From positions 117,956-181,955 of the IMG/VR virus record IMGVR_UViG_3300005259_000074: 64,000 nt of DNA. One strand, 5' to 3'. The DNA comes from a virus. The position numbers and the translations under genes were made by a program. Each line of letters starts with the position of its first letter. Within the stretch, counting starts at the first letter, position 1. The notes under the pieces were generated by a model, which did no database searches, had not been told where the DNA came from, and saw only the letters and a program-made list of their open reading frames with translations. Below, one piece after another: positions 10,695 through 20,900 of this stretch.

Positions 10695-11734
10695 GCAATC
10701 CAACACCATCTCAGATCAACGCGCAGCTGACAGCTCTGTCTAACGCTCCAGGCATATCGATACCTGGAGGCGATGTAGCGTTGTCGTCTCTAGCCACTAG
10801 TGCAGCCCCAGCACTCGGAAAAGGAGCGCTGATATCCGGCAACGGATCTCCTCTGAACCCCGGGCCAAAGAACGAAGCCACGTTAGATAACTTGTGTGGA
10901 CTCAGCTCTTCTCTAAAAGACATATCTTTCACAGTCCCTTCGATATCATTCACTTTTCCGCCGCTCGATTTCAACTTACCGTCGGTGCCGTCTCTCAGCC
11001 TTGCGTTCAAAGTGTGTACGCAAGCTCAGGCTGATAACGTCGTAGCTAATGCTGCATCTGCAGGAATGACAGTTCCGATAGCCGCAGCGCAAGAGAGTGT
11101 TTCAGCTAAAGGTTCTATAGCGGGAGCAGTCGCGATGGAACAACAATCATTCTCTTCTTCTCTAGCTACGATGCAATCTTCACAGAGCACAGCTAGTTCT
11201 ACGTTTGTCAGCGGAGTCACAGGGCCTTTCAGTGTTCTAGCCCCAGATTCCGCCGGGTTTGCAGAGTCATTTGAGAGCTCTCTTAGCACTCTCAACGTGT
11301 GTCGCTTACAGGGGATAAACTTACCGATCGGCTCTATGGGGCCGTGTCTAGCGGCGATTCGAAATGCGTTGGCAGCGGCCATAGTAAACACTGGGATGTC
11401 TAACAGCATGTTATCCGCTGGAATACCTTCTACCACTGTTTCTAACCTCTCAGCTGCTGGGGGAACAGATGGAATAATGGCAAACCCGGCTGGAGTGATC
11501 GACGCATTCAAGAGTGTCGGAATGAACGTCGCGGAGAGCGATGGGAAGACATTAGACTTGGCTAAGATACCCGGAGCTGTCACACTGGAGCAAGCTGGGC
11601 AGCAGGCGACTGCGCTGACTACCGATTACGGACGAGGAGTCGGGCAGAATCCTGACCAAGTTGCATTTGCGAACGGGATCAGCAACACACAGAAGCAAGT
11701 GGACTCTCTCAGCAGCTTAGTGAAGAAGTACTGA
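10691..11734 (+). CDS. Ala/Ser-rich hypothetical virion protein
   Basis: 347-aa ORF between spike and PAAR genes. Confidence 0.6.
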   Translation: MSNPTPSQINAQLTALSNAPGISIPGGDVALSSLATSAAPALGKGALISGNGSPLNPGPKNEATLDNLCGLSSSLKDISFTVPSISFTFPPLDFNLPSVPSLSLAFKVCTQAQADNVVANAASAGMTVPIAAAQESVSAKGSIAGAVAMEQQSFSSSLATMQSSQSTASSTFVSGVTGPFSVLAPDSAGFAESFESSLSTLNVCRLQGINLPIGSMGPCLAAIRNALAAAIVNTGMSNSMLSAGIPSTTVSNLSAAGGTDGIMANPAGVIDAFKSVGMNVAESDGKTLDLAKIPGAVTLEQAGQQATALTTDYGRGVGQNPDQVAFANGISNTQKQVDSLSSLVKKY

Positions 11735-11737
11735 CCC

Positions 11738-12082
11738 ATGCCAGGGCTCATCAGAGACTTTTCAGCCGACAACTGTGGTAACGGCAACATAGGAACACCT
11801 AAGCAGTCGTTCTGCTTTGCTGATGGCTACAAGATAGCCCTCTTAGGAGAGAAAGTCAACAAGTCTCCTCATGACACCACGATGGTCCAATCTAGCGCAA
11901 TAACTTACATCGGAGGAATCGGAGTCTGTAGGAACGGAGACTTAGCTGGAGACGCGTCGTCGGCTCGCTACGGTAGCTCTGCGGTGTTTGCTGACGACTA
12001 CTCGCCTCCTCCTGGCGCATTCGATGTCGTCGACTACGGCGAGGAAGTGCTCGACTCCGGAGTTCAAGTCGTCGACACGTGA
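11738..12082 (+). CDS. PAAR-like spike tip (gp5.4-like)
   Basis: MPGLIR..ADGYKIALLGE..IGGIGVCRNGD..GSSAVFA. Confidence 0.7.
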   Translation: MPGLIRDFSADNCGNGNIGTPKQSFCFADGYKIALLGEKVNKSPHDTTMVQSSAITYIGGIGVCRNGDLAGDASSARYGSSAVFADDYSPPPGAFDVVDYGEEVLDSGVQVVDT

Positions 12083-12096
12083 ACAGTCGAACACTT

Positions 12097-12104
12097 TATA
12101 AATA
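12097..12104 (+). promoter_or_regulatory. T4-type late promoter TATAAATA
   Basis: Exact motif upstream of ATG 12136. Confidence 0.75.
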
Positions 12105-12135
12105 GATCGTTACCGCTATTTGGAGGTCTCTTCCG

Positions 12136-12801
12136 ATGAAATTTGACGTCTTCTGCCGTAAGATAAACGAAGCATCTGCTGTTGGTAAGAAGGTAAAGAA
12201 CTTATCCAACTCTTCTGAGATGTATGATCCCAATAAACCGAACGACAAGCGCGCATTCTTTGACAAATTTGTAGCTGACAACGCAGCTAAAGCTAAATGC
12301 AAAGCAGACAAAGAGAAAGAGGAGAAAGTTCCAGAAGTCCAAGAACCAGATGAAAATATCCTCAATAACGAGAAGTTAGAAGACAAGAAAAAAGACGTCG
12401 CAGAAGAGATCGCTGACCTATTCAAGAAAGCTCTAGATGGTGATACTGCTGAGATATTAGACTCAGTGAAAGATTCTGGATTGATAGAGACTATCAAGAC
12501 TTTCATCAAAGATGTGTACTCTGCGCAAGACGGTGTGCAACCGTCATCGAGAATGGTAGCGCTCACCAATATAGAAACGATAGCAGACCAGGTGTCCGAC
12601 AAGTTAGACGGCATCTTCGCTAACGACAATGTAGAAAACTGGGACACCGGAGAAGGCGAAGACGAGGAAGAAGACTACAGCGGCATTGACTATGACGATA
12701 GCGAAGACGACTCCACTGACGACACTGAGGAAGAGGAGCCCGAAGAAGAAACGGACGACACTGAAGATGATGAAGAGTCTGACGACACTGAGGAAGAGTG
12801 A
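12136..12801 (+). CDS. Acidic-tailed protein, possible prohead core/internal protein
   Basis: MKFDVFCRKINE N-terminus; about 50-aa Asp/Glu tail; SD GGAGG. Confidence 0.6.
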   Translation: MKFDVFCRKINEASAVGKKVKNLSNSSEMYDPNKPNDKRAFFDKFVADNAAKAKCKADKEKEEKVPEVQEPDENILNNEKLEDKKKDVAEEIADLFKKALDGDTAEILDSVKDSGLIETIKTFIKDVYSAQDGVQPSSRMVALTNIETIADQVSDKLDGIFANDNVENWDTGEGEDEEEDYSGIDYDDSEDDSTDDTEEEEPEEETDDTEDDEESDDTEEE

Positions 12802-12807
12802 TCAACT

Positions 12808-13242
12808 ATGGGATCGATGATATTCGACCTCACCACTGGGTCACCGAGTGTGTCGAAGACGTGGACTTACAGTGACCTGAACACGACGATGGCGATCAAT
12901 GCATCGAATAGAGACGTCATCACCAATTTAGACATCAACGCGGTGCAAGATGGGATAACTAACATGTTCCTCTTCGCTCCCGGGGAGCGGATACTCTACC
13001 CGACGTTTGGCAACAGCTTGTACAAGTACCTCTACCAACCGATAAACGACTTGACAGCCAAACAACTCGGTCGCGCGGTCGTCGCGATGTTCGAGCAGTG
13101 GGAACCTAGAGTCACGATACAGACCGTCACCGTAACACCAAATCCCGACGCTAACTACTACAAAGTCGCTGTCACTTACTCTATACCGACGCTGAATGCG
13201 ACAGACTTGAATTTCTCGCTCTCAGTCAACTCCAGGAGATGA
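12808..13242 (+). CDS. Baseplate wedge gp25-like
   Basis: PGERILYPTFG..WEPRV signature. Confidence 0.9.
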   Translation: MGSMIFDLTTGSPSVSKTWTYSDLNTTMAINASNRDVITNLDINAVQDGITNMFLFAPGERILYPTFGNSLYKYLYQPINDLTAKQLGRAVVAMFEQWEPRVTIQTVTVTPNPDANYYKVAVTYSIPTLNATDLNFSLSVNSRR

Positions 13243-13247
13243 TATAG

Positions 13248-15125
13248 ATGGCTACTAACACGAATTACATGGTGTGGGGGGCCAACTCCATGCAGCAGGC
13301 GATCATCAACTCCCTGCAGAGCAACCCAGCGTTCACAGACCAGATATTCACTGACTCTAATTTATCAGTCCTCATAGACGTGTTCGCTTACATGTACGAC
13401 GTGCTCGCTTACCAGATGAACCACGGTGCATCTGAGGCGATATTCACAGATGCACAGCTATATGAGAACATGAACCGCATAGTCAAGATGCTCGGGTACA
13501 ACCCGGCGGGTTTCACTACTTCGGTCGTCACGTGTCAGATGGGCATAAAGGCCAGTGCTAGCATAACTCCAGGCATATACACCATCCCAAAATTCACAAC
13601 TATAACTACTTCACTGGTAGACTCCAACTCTAATCCAGTGTCATTCTCGTTCGTCAACAACTACGTGTTCGTAGCGCAGTCGTCAACTTCTATATCTAGC
13701 GACTTCACACCCATCATCTACAACGGTTCTTGGAAACTGTACGACAAGACGTTCGTCACTCAGGGCATACCGTTCGAAGCGTACGCCCTCACAGACTTAG
13801 TGCTGTGGGGCACCGATAGAGTGTACGTCGCAGACAAATACATGTACGTCTACGCAGTTGACCAAGCTGGGGCAACTACTGAGTATGCGGCTTGCACTAA
13901 CATATATGACTACGGTGCTAAAGACAACGTGTTCGAACTGAGGTTGAACGAGAACAGGCAGTACACACTGGAGTTCGGAGACGGCATCAATGGTTCTCTG
14001 CTTCCGGCCAACTCTACGCTGTACGTGGTGTACTTAGAATCTAATGGAACAGCGGGTGAGATAGGAGCTAACGCTATCAACTCGACTTATGTTCCTGCAG
14101 TAGCTATTGCTGGTCTCGATGAGAGTTTCATCAAGAACAACATCTTAAAGGTGTCTGAGAACCCAGGCTTCATAACGTTCGGTTCAACTGCTGGGGCGTC
14201 TCTGGCTAACATAACTTTCTCCAACTCTAGCGCTTCTACCGCGGTCGTCGACCTCGAAGACGTAGACACCATGAGGACTAACGCTCCGGAGTGGTTTAGA
14301 ATGGGCAGCAGACTCATAACAGCCAGAGACTTTAAGAACTACATAGAAGCAACTTACAAAGCCGAAGTGTACACTTGCTCGGTCCAGAACAACTGGGACT
14401 ACATGGTAGAATTCCAAAAGTGGTTGAAAGACTTGAATAAGCTTAACACCGACATCCGCTTCTATGGTTACACTTTTGCCGACTCGTGCGACTTCAACAA
14501 CGTGTACGTGTGGTTGAAGTCTCCTGGGTCACTCCCAGTCGCGACTTCAACCAAGAGGATCATAGAAAACGACTGCGACCAAAAGAAACCACTGACTTCT
14601 GAACTAGTGTTCTTAGACCCGTTCATCACGATGTTCGCCCCGTTTGTATCGACGACTTCCAATTACACTGCTGGTACTATCCCCTATCCATTCGAAGCTT
14701 GGGACCCAGACTACGAGAATAAGATCGTCTTGACTAGAGACAGAAATACGATGATAACTGTTGAACGCATACAGCAACAAGCGCTGAGCGTCATCCAGAC
14801 GTTCTTTGCAGTCACGAGCTGCGACTTAGGAATGACGATGGACTTCAACGCGCTGTACAACCAATTGATGGCGATCGAAGGCGTGAAGACTGTCCAGACT
14901 AGCTATCTCAAGGCTGGATCTGCAGCTAGCTCGACGACATATGTCAATGGGCTCTCTTTTGGAGTATGGACGCCTCACATAGCGCTCGGTACAGACTTCG
15001 TCCCAGCAGCAGGGAACTTTAAGCTCAAGAGTTTTCAATTCCCACAGTTGTACAACGCGGCGAGCTTTGCCAACAGCATATCAGTCGTCAGCGACAGCTA
15101 TAATGTGAACGACGTCGAGTTTTAA
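13248..15125 (+). CDS. Baseplate wedge gp6-like
   Basis: SNLSVLIDVFAY..KMLGYNP..LEFGDGING..RLITARDF. Confidence 0.9.
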   Translation: MATNTNYMVWGANSMQQAIINSLQSNPAFTDQIFTDSNLSVLIDVFAYMYDVLAYQMNHGASEAIFTDAQLYENMNRIVKMLGYNPAGFTTSVVTCQMGIKASASITPGIYTIPKFTTITTSLVDSNSNPVSFSFVNNYVFVAQSSTSISSDFTPIIYNGSWKLYDKTFVTQGIPFEAYALTDLVLWGTDRVYVADKYMYVYAVDQAGATTEYAACTNIYDYGAKDNVFELRLNENRQYTLEFGDGINGSLLPANSTLYVVYLESNGTAGEIGANAINSTYVPAVAIAGLDESFIKNNILKVSENPGFITFGSTAGASLANITFSNSSASTAVVDLEDVDTMRTNAPEWFRMGSRLITARDFKNYIEATYKAEVYTCSVQNNWDYMVEFQKWLKDLNKLNTDIRFYGYTFADSCDFNNVYVWLKSPGSLPVATSTKRIIENDCDQKKPLTSELVFLDPFITMFAPFVSTTSNYTAGTIPYPFEAWDPDYENKIVLTRDRNTMITVERIQQQALSVIQTFFAVTSCDLGMTMDFNALYNQLMAIEGVKTVQTSYLKAGSAASSTTYVNGLSFGVWTPHIALGTDFVPAAGNFKLKSFQFPQLYNAASFANSISVVSDSYNVNDVEF

Positions 15126-15196
15126 TCCACTCTGCCCACAAAAAGAGTGTAAATAAAGCGTAGCGATCGCTCTACTTTCATCTACAAGGGACACAA

Positions 15197-17965
15197 ATGG
15201 CGCTTAACCTAACTTCGTTCCCAATCAACACCTCTGATGGGACAGCATCCGAATCATCTATCGGTCTCTGTCCGATAATGTACCAAGACGTGACTGCTTC
15301 GGGCAATACTGCGACAGTGAACAGCGAGTACGGAGTCCGAAAAGGCATTGGAGACTCTCTGAGTGGCGCAGTGTCTGGCTTGAACTACGGCGTGGGCGCT
15401 CCAGTTTATGCTGGTAACACCACCGACCCGCTGAATGTATACGCAGACGTTCGCAGTGTCACATCTTACAGTCCTCGGTTCGTCTTTGAAGACACTGGAA
15501 ACGGACTGACTATCGGTTACGATGGCTCGTACGGCTCTTCTTACTTTTCAACGTCTTCGCACTTCGTCCAAGGAGGATCGTTGCAAGCGTTAGGCCACCT
15601 GAACATCGTCGACATAAACGGTTCTTACACTGGCAATTACTTCGGAGATGGCACTGACGGCGTGTACAACGTCACATCTGACACGTACCTACAATCGACA
15701 ACTGACGGAGACGCAGTAGTACTTCACACGACCCAACTGAATGTAGCTGCTGGTACGACGCTGACGACGCTGACTCGCTGTAAAGCTCTCATAGCATATG
15801 TCCAAGGAGACCTCAACGTCGATGGGACTATCACAATGACTGCTAGGGGTGCTAATGTGGATCCAATCGCAGCGGGAGTGCCGGTCAGCGGGTTGCAATT
15901 CATCAGGTCCACACCGGGAGGCACGCAGTCTCTGACTTCTAGCGTCGTCAACGGTATGGGATCCAGCGCTATCACCGCAGAAGCCAAACAACTGGCGACT
16001 TCTACTGGCACGCTGTTCACGATATCGAGAGGAGGAGCTGCTGCAAAAGTCAGCGGATCTTCTGGGGATACTACTGGCACAGCTTTCGTGTTCGAAAATG
16101 GCAACGATGGGACTACTGGTAAGTCTGGTTCAGGAGGCACAGGAGTCGTCTCTGCGACGTCTAACGCATGGTCTACTGGAGCGGCTGGAACGTGTTTCGG
16201 AGGGGGAAGTGGAGGAGGCGCTGCTATTGGTGGGTCTAACTTGACTTCGACTGCTACTGCTAACGGAGGCAAGGGTGGAGATGGTGTCGGTTCAGCCGCC
16301 GCGGGGTCCGGGGCGGGTAACCCCGCGGGAACTCCTGCTAATAGCGGTCTCGCTGGTAGCACTGGCACTGGAGGCACTCTAATACTGATAGTCGGCGGCA
16401 ACGTCAGAGTCAGCAGTACCGGCTCTATAACTGCCAACGGTTCAAACGGAAATGGTTCTTTAACGCTCGCTTCTGGTGGAGCTTCTGGAGGGGGCAACAT
16501 ACTGATACTATACGCGGGACAGCTGATAAATTCCGGTACCATATCGGCGAACGGAGGCACTAGCGGCACGTGGTCGACCACGACTGCCAGGGCTGGTCAT
16601 GGCTCAGTGCAGATAGCTCAAGTCAGCGAACAGGGGTCATTCGTCGGTTTCAGCGATACGCTAGTGCCTGTGTGCGCTAACATGCAGAACACCAGCATGA
16701 TGCAAGATCACATCGTCAGCGGAGCCGCTTTAAACACTTGGAACTCTGACGTGGCTATCGCGAAGATAAGTGTGAAGACTCCAGTCGAGAGCGCATTCAG
16801 TCTATCTGGAGTCCCTGTAGCCATAGGTTACAGGGCCAACGAACAAGACTTGTTCACGCAGATAGGCGCGTTCACCACTAGGAACAGGCTGCAAGTGCAG
16901 ACTGAGGGTGAAGAGATACCACTTGTGTACACGCAGAACATGTACCAGACGCAGTACGTCTATTTCACTACTCCGAGCACCATAGTCGCTTACATGTCAG
17001 GTGCAGTCTTAGGGTTGACGGGAGAAGCAGACGTGAGAGTGTTCTTTGACCAAGTCAAGTACTCTTATGGCCAAGGAGTCGGCGTGTACCCATCTAGCTC
17101 TACTTCAGATGGTTCTAACGTCACTTCTGTCGTGAAAGTCGACTTCAGCACAGTGTTCCCAAGCGTGCAGGGTAGCATGGGTTCTCCTCGCGAGTACGCA
17201 GCTTCGGCATCCGCTCGTTCTTTCTCGTACCTTGCGGGAGGACTCACTCTGTCTGGAACGACTACGACCACTATTCAGCGGTACTCGACTAGCTATTTCA
17301 ACGCGACGGCCCAGTCTAGGTCTGCGCTGTCTGTCTCGCGCGGCAAGCTGTCGGCCGCAGCTAACTACAACTTCGGATGGTTCTTCGGAGGACTTACTAA
17401 CAACACTACTCCAGTAGCGACTATAGATCGTCTATCATTCTCAGACGACACTACTTCAGCGTCTTCTAGAGCTTCTCTGGTGAACAGCCAAGCTAAGCAC
17501 ACGTCGTTCACTGAAAGGACATCTCCAGCAAATACATGGATATGTGGCGGTGGAATAGCGAACGACGCTTCGCAACAGGCGTTCGCGACTGTAGTCCAGA
17601 AGTATACTTTCGCGACTGACACGTCTAACGCATCCAACAGAGCGACGTTGGCTTCAGCTAGCGAGTACTCCGGTAGGGGTTCTTCTACTACTAAGGGATG
17701 GGTGTTTGACGGTTATTCTAACTCGTCGACTAGTTCAGTCGTACAGTCTCTGACATTTTCCAACGACACTGCCGCGACTATAGCTGAATTGAACGACATA
17801 GTAGCGCGGAAGTGTCCGGCGAATTCGACGAGTTTAGACGGTTCTGCACAGTTGTTGGTGGGTTCTTCAGTGACTAAGATAACGTTCGCCAACAGCACAG
17901 CAGCACTCGAGACCACTTACAGCAATTTCGGGTCGTATTCGACCGGATGGACAGGAGCATCTTAA
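15197..17965 (+). CDS. Tail fibre/spike protein with Gly-rich region and C-terminal propeller-like repeats
   Basis: GGGSGGG repeats; (G/S)x(Y/W)xxGG...I(D/Q)(R/K)xxFxxDT repeats. Confidence 0.65.
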   Translation: MALNLTSFPINTSDGTASESSIGLCPIMYQDVTASGNTATVNSEYGVRKGIGDSLSGAVSGLNYGVGAPVYAGNTTDPLNVYADVRSVTSYSPRFVFEDTGNGLTIGYDGSYGSSYFSTSSHFVQGGSLQALGHLNIVDINGSYTGNYFGDGTDGVYNVTSDTYLQSTTDGDAVVLHTTQLNVAAGTTLTTLTRCKALIAYVQGDLNVDGTITMTARGANVDPIAAGVPVSGLQFIRSTPGGTQSLTSSVVNGMGSSAITAEAKQLATSTGTLFTISRGGAAAKVSGSSGDTTGTAFVFENGNDGTTGKSGSGGTGVVSATSNAWSTGAAGTCFGGGSGGGAAIGGSNLTSTATANGGKGGDGVGSAAAGSGAGNPAGTPANSGLAGSTGTGGTLILIVGGNVRVSSTGSITANGSNGNGSLTLASGGASGGGNILILYAGQLINSGTISANGGTSGTWSTTTARAGHGSVQIAQVSEQGSFVGFSDTLVPVCANMQNTSMMQDHIVSGAALNTWNSDVAIAKISVKTPVESAFSLSGVPVAIGYRANEQDLFTQIGAFTTRNRLQVQTEGEEIPLVYTQNMYQTQYVYFTTPSTIVAYMSGAVLGLTGEADVRVFFDQVKYSYGQGVGVYPSSSTSDGSNVTSVVKVDFSTVFPSVQGSMGSPREYAASASARSFSYLAGGLTLSGTTTTTIQRYSTSYFNATAQSRSALSVSRGKLSAAANYNFGWFFGGLTNNTTPVATIDRLSFSDDTTSASSRASLVNSQAKHTSFTERTSPANTWICGGGIANDASQQAFATVVQKYTFATDTSNASNRATLASASEYSGRGSSTTKGWVFDGYSNSSTSSVVQSLTFSNDTAATIAELNDIVARKCPANSTSLDGSAQLLVGSSVTKITFANSTAALETTYSNFGSYSTGWTGAS

Positions 17966-20900
17966 TGGGCAAGATAGTCAAATTTCCAGTCGCAGTCACC
18001 ACGCAGACAGCGAGCGAGACGCAGTACGGGCTGTGCCCAATGTTGGAGGCGACGGTCCGCACCGAAGCTAACGCTGGAGCCGACGCAGTCGCGTCCGACA
18101 GTGCAGTTAGAGCTGCTATCGACGCGTTCAATCCTTCTGTCGAAGCCGTGTCTATAGGAGCGGGAACAGCTGTCCTCAACACAGTCATCGCAGGAAATCC
18201 CAACACGGTGACGTTCAACTCGATAGCGGGTCGCGGTTTCATCACAGCGACTGCGCAGGATGACACAATAGTGCTTGGAACTATGCAAGCTGGATATCCG
18301 GAAAGTGCATCTCCTTCTGCGGAAATTTCTCTCTTTAGGACGATCAACGGAGGAGTGCTCCAAGAAGCCAGCACGGTAGACAATGGAACTTTTTCGTCCA
18401 GCATCACCACGACCGAGAACATAACAGCAGGCATCCCTGTGACTGTGTCTGCCAGGTTCAATGCGTGCACTATCATCGGTTCGCAGTTCGCTAACACCGC
18501 GCCCACACCCACAAACAACAACGTCTTAGCTGAAGGAGCCGTCTACTTAGCAGTACCAGATGGAACGTACCGCATAACTTATCTGAATGGCGCGACGAAA
18601 TACAATTCGAGCTACGCTTACAATCAACCGTTGACTACTAACCAAGGGATGATGTACTGCAACAACACTGCTCTTCCAGGATACACTGCATCTAGTGGAT
18701 ATTCGACTCTTACTGCTGCTCAAGCCGCTTATACGTCACAATACGTTACGGTGACAGTCAGCGGAGGGGTTGGACTGTACTTCTGGTTCAACGCTACGAC
18801 TAACACTAACTGCTCGGGATTCGTCCAGTATATGATAAGCGCAGTCAACCTCGTCAGCGTTAGCGCGATGATGAACGCGTCCAATGGCTATAATAACTCG
18901 AACACGTGGACGAGCACAACTTATGTTCCCGCGGCGCTCTCCGACACGAATATTCCTGGAGGCACTGAAGGACCGGTGCGCGTAGCGGTGCCGGATGGGA
19001 CTTACCGAGTGACTTACGTCAACGGAGGGGTCACCTACCACTCTTACAGCGCTGGACCAGTTGACGTCACCGACGGACTTGTCGCACAGTGGATGCTCAA
19101 CGGCGACACGACTGATTCTCAAGGAGTCAGGAATGCGACCAACGTAGGAGTGACTTTCACTTACGAGAGTATTTTCTCTAGATCTGCTGGTGTGTTCGGA
19201 GGTTCTGGGTGGGCTTATTTCTCTCAGTCTGGAGTACCACTTGTAAACACCGCTCGTTCTATTTGCGGTTGGATGAAGATATCATCAAGCTACGGAGGTT
19301 CTGGAGGATACGCTACAGTGTTCTCGATGGGCACTTATGGTTCATCGGGGTACACTGACCACGGTTTCGCACTGTCGGTAGACAGCGGGTACTTGAGCGC
19401 CCAATTCGGCAACTCTTACCACAACTACACAGCTTACAATAAAATCCTCACTGACTCGACGTGGCACCACGTCGCTATGACTTGGAGTGGTTCCACTGTC
19501 ATTCTTTACATCGACGGAGTAGCTTATTTGAGTGTTGCTAGGAGCGCCATCAACACCGTCAACGGTTACGGATACGGTTCGATAGGTACGATGTACGACG
19601 GCGCTAATGGACCTCAGTACACACTACTCGGTGAGTTGGCCGACTGGAGACTGTACAACAGAGTGTTGACTGCGTCTGACGTAGCTAACATAATGACTTA
19701 TGACACTACTTCTAGTGGTTCTGGCACAGTCGCTGACCCATATGGTATGTGGAACGTTCCGTTCTCAACATATGCTGGGTCAAATCCAGTGATTGCAGCA
19801 TTTCCAAATGGTGGAAAAGTTTTCTGCAATCAGACGGAGCTTCAGGGTTTTTCTAACGTGGCGGGTTATTCTTCAGTAGTGGCAGCTCAACAAGTGTACG
19901 CTGGACAGTATACCGACGTCATCGCAACGAACGGCCTCGGTTTGAACTTCTGGTATGGCGATGTGACTAACTATGGTTATGACAACCGCGGACGCATAAC
20001 TTACAGCATCGCTAAAGTCATTCCCTCGACAGAAGAGTCGTACGACGCTTTCTACGACGTGCAAGGAGGCGACGCCATCGGAAAGATAATGATGAAGTGC
20101 ACAACTCCCTTCACTACGACTAATGGAAGCGCAAAACTCAGCGTCGGAATCGAAGGAGAGAGTTCTGTTAACGCTTGGCCGACGACAGTGACGATCAACC
20201 CAGTGATGGATTGTTGCAAAGCAGATGCGACAGTGTGGACTAATGGAGTGCCTCCTATAGCAGTCGATGACATCAACAATATAGCAACTGGAGCGTTCAA
20301 ACTGGATGTGCCAGATGGAACGTACCGCATAACTTATGCGGCTGGAGCTGTGTGGGGGGCGGGAGTCGTCTCGACTAACCCTTGGAATCAGACGGTGTAC
20401 TACGCTCAAGGTTATGCTTATGGACCGACTAGCGGCGGCACAGTGTATAACAGGTCTACGCTGGCGGCATGCTGGAGTGGAGCTGCTTTCGTCAACGGGA
20501 CTCGCCTTCCAGGTTTCAACGGTGGATTGGTCGGGACTAGCGGAGTGAATCAGTACACTCAAGGTTACGCGACCTTCGCAGCAGCTCAAGCTGCTAACGT
20601 CGGATCTTACATTGACTTCACTGTCACTGGTGGGACTGGATTATGGTTCTACTTCACTGACTTAGGAGAGGGCAACTACCACAACGAAGGTTACGTTTCT
20701 TACACAGTGTTTCCGCTGTCATACACAGGTTCTCTAGACATGCAAGTTTCAGTATCTGCAGCTTACAACCTGTGTCCAACGGTGTCAACCTCTTACAAAG
20801 TTCAACCGTCTTACTCAGCAATAGGACCTTACAACTCTACTGGGTGGGGTCCAGGTAGTCTCGACACTCCACTCACTACGGACTGCCCGAACATTCCAGG

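Noticed and set aside
18556..20337. Diversity-generating retroelement TR/VR pair in the fibre gene
   Set aside because: The duplication is short, exact and in frame, with no adenine-specific differences and no reverse transcriptase in the window.
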